Assembly (NCBI RefSeq): GCF_052425735.1
Contig: NC_135760.1
Location: 2,666,001-2,730,000, forward strand
DNA length: 64,000 nucleotides
From: Oculina patagonica
Taxonomy: Eukaryota
Reading direction: 5' to 3'
In this document: piece after piece, positions 56,480 through 64,000 of the stretch
Position numbering within the stretch: the first letter of the stretch is position 1
Layout: each line of letters begins with the position of its first letter
Translations under genes and position numbers: made by a program
The notes under the pieces: generated by a model
Told to the model about the DNA's origin: nothing
The model's input: only the letters and a program-made list of their open reading frames with translations
Database searches by the model: none

Positions 56480-57325
56480 GCCGAAAGTGGTCAGTGAAAA
56501 ATTGGACAAGCAATCCGGATTTCCCTAGGGTGCATCTTGGCCAAGTGGAATCCAGGAGCTTGCTGAAAGCTAAGTATAAATATTTATAAGCTGATTCTAT
56601 TTTGCGTTATATTCGACCGGCGTTAAATGAGATTTCAATATGAAAACAAACGAAACTTAGAGCAATTTGCAGGCTGCCGTTTCCACCAGCCGTCGAAAAG
56701 CCTAAAGGGCTGGAAATTACAAGATACCGGTGGAATTCGCTATTGTTATCTTCTGTAATGTTCGAAGTCATGTCTTAATACCTGAGTAGACGAGACCCTT
56801 TATAATTTGGCTTCTCAAAGTTGAGGAAGAGCGACATAAACTTAGCTTTGCTGGAGGCTAGGGTGGTGAATTCTCGTCCCTTGTCACTAAAGTAAAAATA
56901 GGACAAAAAAACAACTCAAAGCAACGAAAGTTCTCAGCTTATAGAATACTTTATGAAGATTCTAAAAATGTAAACAGTTTTTACATTTAATGCAAGAAAT
57001 TTGAGGTATTTAAAGGTGCCATTGTCACTGCCATTTTAACAAAAAATAGGTTATAACTCAAGGGGAAATTGAACAATAATATTATTGTAGCAAGAATTTG
57101 ATCCAAGACATACAGGGGCGTACCTGCCTTTACTACCACTAAAATTGCCTAGGAACGGCCCTGACATAAAATACAATAACAGGACTTTCTACGGGAGCAT
57201 GTCACAGGAAATACAAAAGTGAGGATTCTAGGATCAAAACATAAAATTTTGCTTTGTAGTGAATACATTACTTTTTTCATGCAGAAGCATTGAACCATTT
57301 CAAGCCTGCCAAGTTTTAATGCATC

Positions 57326-57486
57326 TGTTTAGACGGGTCTTCTAGACGGGTGCAACTTGATTTAACGACGACGAAACGGTTAACTTGAATTTACAAAACA
57401 TCAACAACACGAGTTCAAAGCGATTGCAAAGGTCATTGCGTGACACGCAGATCACGTGTTCAATATGTTCAGTTTTGGCGCGAACA
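57326..57486 (-). repeat. 3' LTR (161 bp)
   Basis: Matches 63550-63710 with 3 substitutions. Preceded on the minus strand by the polypurine tract GGGGGGGAGGA (57487-57497). Confidence 0.95.
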
Positions 57487-57528
57487 TCCTCCCCCCCGTG
57501 TTCGACGGCGGGGCGAGGTTGACGAACA

Positions 57529-60500
57529 CTACTTCGCACCTTCTAGTAAACACAGTTTAACAACAGGACGGACGTAGGTCCCACTCTTGGTACGGACTTC
57601 GGCTGCTCTGACTCTTCCGTCGTCTCCGGGAAGCACTCTTAGTACACGAGCTAGTGGCCAACACCCGCGAGGGGAATTCTCATCGACGACTAGGACGAGG
57701 TCTCCTTCACGAACATTGCGGGCGTCATTTGTCCACTTTCGGCGTTCCGTCAGCGCTAGAAGATATTCTCGGAGCCAGCGTTTCCAGAAGTGCTGGGTCA
57801 TTACTTGCGCATGCTTCCACCTCTTACGACTACACAAGTCCCTATCATTGACGACATCTGGCGGGAAGTTAGGGTTTGCTCGGCCGAGCAAAAAGTGATT
57901 CGGCGTCAAAGCTTCTTCGTCGCGATGATCAGTACTAACATGAGTAAGGGGGCGACCATTCAGTAAGGACTCCACTTCAGCCATAAACGTGAGTAACGTT
58001 TCATCATTGACACACTGCTTTCCTGCCACCGCCTTTAGCGCTCTTTTGGCAGATTGAACGAGGCGCTCCCAAACGCCTCCAAAGTGTGGCGAGGACGGGG
58101 GATTGAAGTGCCACTGCACGCCGTCGGCAGTGAGTTGGTCACCAATTCGCTCGCTATCTAGGCGCTTGACAGCTTCGCGAAGCTCTTTCCCGGCCCCAAC
58201 GAAGTTGGTACCATTATCCGACCAAATATTGGCTGGCTTTCCACGTTTGACCATCATCCTTCTTAAAGCCATCAGGCAAGAGTTAGTGTCAAGTGAATGA
58301 GCGATTTCAAGATGTACCGCACGGGTGGTTAAACACGTAAAAAGCACCCCGTAGCGCTTTTCGGTCTTTCTTCCATGGCGTACGAGCATGGGGCCAAAGT
58401 AATCAACACCAGTGTTCGTGAACGGCGGTTGCTGGTAACCCAGTCTCGAACTGGGAAGGTCAGCCATGACGGGCGGTTCGGGTTTTGCCCGTAGTCTTCG
58501 ACACGATGGGCAACTGGACGAAATCTTCTGAACTGTGGCTAGCCCTTTCAGGATCCAGTATTTCTGTCTCAGCTCATTCAAGACATGCTTGTTACTTGTG
58601 CAGTACAAACGAAGATGGTGGTGCATCACAATAAGACGAGTTATTTCGTGCTTCGGGTCCAGTATCAAAGGATGTCGTGTCTCTTCAGGAACGGGGGCTT
58701 TACGAAGACGACCACCTACCCTCAAGCATTCTGCTTCGTCAATGTATGGCCTGAGCGCACTGAGTCGGCTCTTAACTGGCAGACGCTTGTTTGCCTTTAA
58801 GGCTTCAAAGTCTAGACCAAACGAGTCTCTTTGACTTTTCCGTACGGCAATCAACTCTGCATTGCTGATTTCTGCAGTTGTTAGAGACGAGAGGATGCGG
58901 TCCTCAGCCTTTCTTTTACAGTTTTTGACAAATCGACATATCCATGCAAGGACACGACGGAATCTTGTCCAAGAGGAGAACTTCTCTGGGTCTGGAAAGT
59001 ATGCTCTTGGATCAGTAACAGATGCATGGCCTGACCACTTCGTGTTCTTCACTTCGTCATCATTTTCACGGAGAGGACCAGTAAACGTGTCTTGAGGCCA
59101 CTGTTCTTCGGGTTTGGACAAGAAGGCGGGGCCGTTAAGCCATCGGCAGTGTTTATCCAAATCCGCCGCCCGAAGGCCTCGGGTGCAATCGTCAGCAGGG
59201 TTCAAGTGGCCAGGGACGTGTCTCCACTGCGTCGGGTCGGCTGCATCATGAATCTCTGACACCCGGTTTGCTACAAATGTGTGAAAGCGTCGGCTTTCAT
59301 TAGATATGTATTGCAACACAGTTTTTGAGTCACTCCAAAAGATGGTGCCTTTGACAGTAACAGACAACTCTTGCTTGACCTGGTTGTACAATCTTACGGC
59401 TAGGACGGCAGCTTGAAGCTCTAGACGAGGGATGCTTAACTGCTTTAAGGGCGCAACACGATTCCTTGCCATAACAAATGAAACCTTAATCGTACCATCA
59501 GGTAGTGAGTATCTAGCGTAACACACAGCACCAAACCCCATTTCGGAGGCGTCAGCAAATACATGAAGTTGTATCGAAGCTTCAGGACATGTGTCAACAC
59601 AGAAACAGCGGGGCAGCTCAAATTCACTCAGTTTCACCAGATCACCAAGCCAATCTTCCCAAATTCTCCGGTCTTCTTCATCTAAGGGCTCATCCCAGCC
59701 TTTGCTCTTACGCCATAACACTTGGATAAGACATTTTGCAGGCAGCATGTATGGAGCCAACACTCCTAGTGGGTCGAACACGGTTGAAACACGGCTTAGG
59801 ACGCCTCGCTTGGTTGGCTCATACATCTGACTTGAGCAAACAGAGAAACGGAAGCAATCAGTTTCAGTGTTCCATTTCAAACCCAGTGTGCGCTCAATTG
59901 GAAGTTCATCAAAGTTAACATCAACCGACGGGCTAGCTTTCTCTTCAGGAGGGATCTGTGACAGGACTTCACGCGAGGAGCTGATCCACTTGGTCAACCT
60001 GAAACCTCCCCGGGACAAGAGAGAAGTCATTTCACGGAACATTTGCACTGCTGTGGCTTCGTCACAAACGGATTTTAGAAAGTCATCCATGTAGAAATTC
60101 TTCTCTACTGATTTGATCGTATCTTCAGAAAACAAGACGTCTTCTCGGTTGTCAAGTGCTGTCTTTCTCAATACAAAGTTTGCAGTGCATGGGGAGGACG
60201 CAGCTCCGAAAATCATGACGAGCATCTGATACACATCAGGTGGGCGTTGCAGTTCCAAGTTCCGCCACAGAAACCTCAGAGCAGGCTGATCTTCTTCTAT
60301 GATTTGAACTTGGTGAAACATGGCCTCGATGTCGGCGGCTAGGCCAACACGCTGTTCTCTGAATCGCAACAGCACACCCACAAGGCTATTCAGGAGGTCG
60401 GGCCCGATGTGAAGTCGGTCATTTAAAGACACTCCATCATGTTTGGCAGCAGCATCCATGACGATGCGGACTTTGTCAGGCTTATTGGGGTTACGGACTG

Positions 60501-63456
60501 GATGATGCGGCAGAAACCACTGTTTTGGGGTCGGGACGGCTGCCTCTTCAGGGCTAAGTTTTCTAGTGTAACCCTTGTCAACATAGTCCTCAATAATGGC
60601 ACAATACTTTTTCGCCAGGTCTTCGTCACGCTCTAGTTTCCTTTCGGTGGACTCCAGTCGCTTTACAGCCATGAGACGGTTGTCAGGAAACTCTACTTCT
60701 TGCTCTCTCCATAGCATTCCGGCTTCGTATCTGCCCGACACATGCTTCACAGTTCTTTCTAATGTCTCAATAGCTCTTTTATCTTCAAGAGAACGGGGTG
60801 TCACGTCTTCATACTTCGTGCCAAAGGATTCCGTCCGCCACCAGTCTTCTACTTGCTTGTTTAATGATTCTTCAGCGTTCAGGACACGGTGAACATGCAT
60901 GACATGTACGCGCTCAGGTTTGACAACCGATTTAACTGAACCGGCAAGGGTCCAGCCAAAGGCTGTGAGAATTGCAACAGGCTGCCCTGGACGACCTCTT
61001 CGCACATCATGCTGCAATATCGCATCCAGAACGTTTGCTCCCAGCAGAACTGTCACGTCTTTGGAGTTTACTTCAGGAATACTCAGATTGTTCAGGTGCG
61101 GAAAGTCCTGTATCATGGCACGAGTAACCTTTTGTGGGGGCAGGTTTAACTGTGGAACAGTCCAAGCTTCTTCTACCACTATCTGGGCACTGGCTTCTGA
61201 CCCCCCGGTGGCACCAACATGAAACGACACCTTTCTCGAACGTACGGGTTTGCCAGACGAGTTTATGGTACCAAGCTGTAACGGGCCATTCTCACCATCA
61301 AGGCCAATAGCATCAGCAAAGTTTTCCAGGATAAGCGAAGTTTGGCTGCCGGAGTCTAGCAGCGCAAAAGTACTTATTTTAACCCCTTTGGGGGTCGCAA
61401 CCACAATCGGTACGATCTGCAGCAAGACAGCAGTGGGGACGCAGTTAACGGATGAAGCTCCAACAAAGACGGGTGCTGCTGCATTCAAAGACGGGACGGG
61501 AGCCGGGTTGTTCACAGATGGCATTCCGACGAAAACAGGAGCTGAACCATGGATTAGTGGGTGGTGGTATTTGTCACAGCCTTCCATGTCACATCGCTTC
61601 TTGCGTGTACAGTCACGAGACTGGTGGTCCGTTGACTCAAAACAAGAAAAGCACAACCTCTTTTCTTTACCTAGTTGCGCTCTTTGGTTGACATCCATTG
61701 CCAGGAATTTCTCACACTTCTCAATTGCATGCTTGCTGTTGCACACCAGACAGTTCTTACTTGTGGGTCGGGACTGTTTGCCTGTTGTGGCACCCATGGC
61801 CAAGGTGGAGAATCTGTGAGGCTCACGACTGCCATCGCCATGTCGCTCTTCCTTTCGCGGTGGTCTACTAAAGCGAGCTCTTCCACCTCTCGATGGCTTA
61901 CCAAAGCTGGGTAAGGGTTCACTGACTGTGGTCTTCGCACGAAGCCTGGCACGGAGCCATTCATCAAGATCGGTAAGAGTCGGAATGGCCGGTTGCATCT
62001 CAATCTTTCTTTCACCCCACTTTTCCTTTAAAGGGTCAGGTAATTTCTGTAACACAGCACGAGTGTTGGTTGAAGACATCAAATCGTGTGAGTATCCCAA
62101 GCCCTTCAGTGTGGCGACCGCATTATGTAGGGTGTTGTAGAACGAACGAAGTTGAGCTATGTCTCCCTCAACAACAATCGGGTGATCAAGTACAGTTTTC
62201 ATAAAGGCTCCAGCAACAATTTCTTCGTTTCCGAATTGTTCCTCAAGTTCTGTTAGGGCTGCTTTATAGAGATGACCATGGTTGAGCATCCCTCCAACCG
62301 CTTTCTTTGCAGCTCCCGTCAAAGCTCTTTGGAGGTAGGTCATTCTCTGCGTATCGGTGAGTGGTTGGTCATGAATTAAACACTTAAACAGGGATACAAA
62401 CTGAGGCCACTCAAGCGGATCCCCAGAAAAACGCGGCAATTCTAGACGTGGTATCGATTTCAAAAACGCTGGTACCTCTACTTTTCCTGCACTATTTGTC
62501 AGACTCTGCTTAGCTGAGATTTCCTTGATCCAAGAAACATCAAGGCGCTCCTCCGTGTCACAATAAGCTTGGTCAGACTTAGGAGACTGCTTGTTTAACG
62601 TAGACGATTTAATCGGGGGTGGCAACTTTACATTTTGCAGAGGTAAAGAGTCATCGTGATTATTATCGCCGCCAACACTGTCCTTTACTTTGGGTTTAAT
62701 GTCACGGTAAACAGTTTCAATTTCAACATCTTCAAAGTCCCGTAAACGGTTCTCGATATCCTCTGGATCTCCTTTAATTTTATCAGGAATGACAAGCTGA
62801 GCTTCTAACCGCAATCTTTCAACCTCATATTCAAGTTCTCTTATACGGCGATGTTCTTGTAATTGTCTTTCCTGTTCGAGGTTTTCGGCTCGCTTACGTT
62901 CCTCCTCTAGTCGGCGTTGAGCCTCTTTCTTTGCTTGTTCGATTTGCAGATCCATCACGCGTGCACGCCTCTCGCTTTCACTCGCGCGGGAGGGTGAGCT
63001 TTGACCGCTGGCCGCCTCAAATTGGAGCGAAGGCGCGTATTCACTACTAGCTTCTGAGGGCGGTTCGTTTTCCCTTTCGTGTAGCGAAATTTCAATGCTT
63101 TCCAGGCATAGATTTGCTCTTTCAATGGCCTTTTCCGTTAGCTGCAGGTGTTCCTGTAATCCTTTAAGTTCCAAAAACGATTCGTATTCTTCGCTGACAC
63201 GCTCAAGTTCTCTCAACGCTTCCTCAATTTTGCCAGCCAGCTCGCGTAATTTTCTTCGACTTCCATGTGACTTCAAAAGACTCTCAGCCACGTTAATATG
63301 CCTCGTAAGCGTCGCTTTTCGACGAGATAACTTGCTTTTGGCCTTCTCCTTTCGAGAGCTGAAGTTTTCATAGCGGCTAGGCCCAACGGCGACTCGCATT
63401 TCTTCTTCGTTTACATACTGCAACTGCACGTGGTCGGCTTCACTTTCTTTCGACAT
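57529..63456 (-). CDS. BEL/Pao gag-pol polyprotein (Gag with Zn knuckles, aspartic protease, RT, RNase H, integrase)
   Basis: Uninterrupted ORF of about 1975 aa; the first ATG is at 63456 (the track starts at TTG 63462). LPRFSGDPLEWPQF Gag motif, three Cys/His knuckles, LLDSGSQTS protease, FYMDDFL RT, HVFADASE RNase H, GVDYFGP / WSDNGTNF / GVWERLV DDE integrase, FWKRWLREYL C-terminal domain. Order PR-RT-RH-IN. Confidence 0.97.
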   Translation of the reverse strand: MSKESEADHVQLQYVNEEEMRVAVGPSRYENFSSRKEKAKSKLSRRKATLTRHINVAESLLKSHGSRRKLRELAGKIEEALRELERVSEEYESFLELKGLQEHLQLTEKAIERANLCLESIEISLHERENEPPSEASSEYAPSLQFEAASGQSSPSRASESERRARVMDLQIEQAKKEAQRRLEEERKRAENLEQERQLQEHRRIRELEYEVERLRLEAQLVIPDKIKGDPEDIENRLRDFEDVEIETVYRDIKPKVKDSVGGDNNHDDSLPLQNVKLPPPIKSSTLNKQSPKSDQAYCDTEERLDVSWIKEISAKQSLTNSAGKVEVPAFLKSIPRLELPRFSGDPLEWPQFVSLFKCLIHDQPLTDTQRMTYLQRALTGAAKKAVGGMLNHGHLYKAALTELEEQFGNEEIVAGAFMKTVLDHPIVVEGDIAQLRSFYNTLHNAVATLKGLGYSHDLMSSTNTRAVLQKLPDPLKEKWGERKIEMQPAIPTLTDLDEWLRARLRAKTTVSEPLPSFGKPSRGGRARFSRPPRKEERHGDGSREPHRFSTLAMGATTGKQSRPTSKNCLVCNSKHAIEKCEKFLAMDVNQRAQLGKEKRLCFSCFESTDHQSRDCTRKKRCDMEGCDKYHHPLIHGSAPVFVGMPSVNNPAPVPSLNAAAPVFVGASSVNCVPTAVLLQIVPIVVATPKGVKISTFALLDSGSQTSLILENFADAIGLDGENGPLQLGTINSSGKPVRSRKVSFHVGATGGSEASAQIVVEEAWTVPQLNLPPQKVTRAMIQDFPHLNNLSIPEVNSKDVTVLLGANVLDAILQHDVRRGRPGQPVAILTAFGWTLAGSVKSVVKPERVHVMHVHRVLNAEESLNKQVEDWWRTESFGTKYEDVTPRSLEDKRAIETLERTVKHVSGRYEAGMLWREQEVEFPDNRLMAVKRLESTERKLERDEDLAKKYCAIIEDYVDKGYTRKLSPEEAAVPTPKQWFLPHHPVRNPNKPDKVRIVMDAAAKHDGVSLNDRLHIGPDLLNSLVGVLLRFREQRVGLAADIEAMFHQVQIIEEDQPALRFLWRNLELQRPPDVYQMLVMIFGAASSPCTANFVLRKTALDNREDVLFSEDTIKSVEKNFYMDDFLKSVCDEATAVQMFREMTSLLSRGGFRLTKWISSSREVLSQIPPEEKASPSVDVNFDELPIERTLGLKWNTETDCFRFSVCSSQMYEPTKRGVLSRVSTVFDPLGVLAPYMLPAKCLIQVLWRKSKGWDEPLDEEDRRIWEDWLGDLVKLSEFELPRCFCVDTCPEASIQLHVFADASEMGFGAVCYARYSLPDGTIKVSFVMARNRVAPLKQLSIPRLELQAAVLAVRLYNQVKQELSVTVKGTIFWSDSKTVLQYISNESRRFHTFVANRVSEIHDAADPTQWRHVPGHLNPADDCTRGLRAADLDKHCRWLNGPAFLSKPEEQWPQDTFTGPLRENDDEVKNTKWSGHASVTDPRAYFPDPEKFSSWTRFRRVLAWICRFVKNCKRKAEDRILSSLTTAEISNAELIAVRKSQRDSFGLDFEALKANKRLPVKSRLSALRPYIDEAECLRVGGRLRKAPVPEETRHPLILDPKHEITRLIVMHHHLRLYCTSNKHVLNELRQKYWILKGLATVQKISSSCPSCRRLRAKPEPPVMADLPSSRLGYQQPPFTNTGVDYFGPMLVRHGRKTEKRYGVLFTCLTTRAVHLEIAHSLDTNSCLMALRRMMVKRGKPANIWSDNGTNFVGAGKELREAVKRLDSERIGDQLTADGVQWHFNPPSSPHFGGVWERLVQSAKRALKAVAGKQCVNDETLLTFMAEVESLLNGRPLTHVSTDHRDEEALTPNHFLLGRANPNFPPDVVNDRDLCSRKRWKHAQVMTQHFWKRWLREYLLALTERRKWTNDARNVREGDLVLVVDENSPRGCWPLARVLRVLPGDDGRVRAAEVRTKSGTYVRPVVKLCLLEGAK

Positions 63457-63536
63457 TTTCAAAACACTTCATTTCAAGCTTTCAAAACACTTCATTTCAG
63501 CAAAACACACAATGTTTACGTACCGCAAAAGCCTCG

Positions 63537-63547
63537 CTCTGCTACCA
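63537..63547 (-). other. Primer-binding site complementary to the 3' end of initiator tRNA-Met
   Basis: TGGTAGCAGAG, 2 nt inside the 5' LTR boundary; metazoan tRNAiMet ends ...CTCTGCTACCA. Confidence 0.8.
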
Positions 63548-63549
63548 GA

Positions 63550-63710
63550 TGTTTAGACGGGTCTTCGAGACGGGTGCAACTTGATTTAACGACGACGAAA
63601 CGGTTAACTTGAATTTACAAAACATCAACAACACGAGTTCAAAGCGATTGCAAAGGTCGTTGCGTGACACGCAGATTACGTGTTCAATATGTTCAGTTTT
63701 GGCGCGAACA
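63550..63710 (-). repeat. 5' LTR (161 bp)
   Basis: TGTTCGCGCC...CCGTCTAAACA on the minus strand; 158/161 identical to the 3' LTR. Confidence 0.95.
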
Positions 63711-64000
63711 GCATCAGTCAATTGAAACCCCGGCCCCCCAACCCCTGGGACTTAGCGGGGATTTAACGCGTCCAAAGCCGGGATTTAACGCACTTTTAAC
63801 GGCGAGTTGGCCCCGGTGGGCGGTGGTTTTAACAAAATGTCAGTAGACCGGGGCCGTGGAGCGGTAATTTAACAGCACGCAATCACCTGAAGCGGGGACG
63901 ACAGCCGGGATTTAACATAAAGGACTAAATGCCTCAAAATGTTCGTTTTGAGGAATCCGTTCTAAAAAGTCTCCACTCTTCTTCCTTGATAAAGCTTTTC

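Larger units (their letters stand above)
57326..63710 (-). mobile_element. Full-length BEL/Pao LTR retrotransposon (6385 bp)
   Basis: TG...CA LTRs at 57326-57486 and 63550-63710; TSD GCATC at 57321-57325 and 63711-63715; PBS, PPT and a single intact gag-pol ORF. Confidence 0.97.

Noticed and set aside
57587-63373. Plus-strand ORFs inside the retrotransposon, or an env-like extra ORF
   Set aside because: Antisense shadows of gag-pol. Only about 30 nt separate the pol stop from the PPT, so there is no room for env.

Overview
Eukaryotic, intron-containing, AT-rich and MITE-dense animal DNA. The repeat families and gene content suggest a cnidarian, probably a stony coral (inference). Left to right the window holds: (1) the 3' part of an intronless filamin + NHL-repeat (TRIM2/3/71-like) gene on +; (2) three tandem gamma-glutamyltranspeptidase (GGT) genes on -, two complete 8-exon models (633 and 614 aa) and one lacking exons 7-8 in this window; (3) two tandem 4-exon paralogs on + (583 and 553 aa) encoding an uncharacterised secreted protein with a signal peptide, an acidic pro-region, 8 conserved Cys and a nucleotidyltransferase-like GS-x5-DYD...FDTN motif, which is the best candidate for an undescribed system; (4) a structurally complete 6.4-kb BEL/Pao LTR retrotransposon with 161-bp LTRs, a 5-bp TSD, a tRNAiMet PBS and a PPT. 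Introns and spacers contain many MITEs, tRNA-derived SINEs, a palindrome carrying two hammerhead-ribozyme cores, a RecQ-like (AcademH-type) helicase relic and a degenerate non-coding tandem duplication. Exon boundaries were read by eye from GT/AG sites, frame continuity and paralog comparison. No database searches were run.
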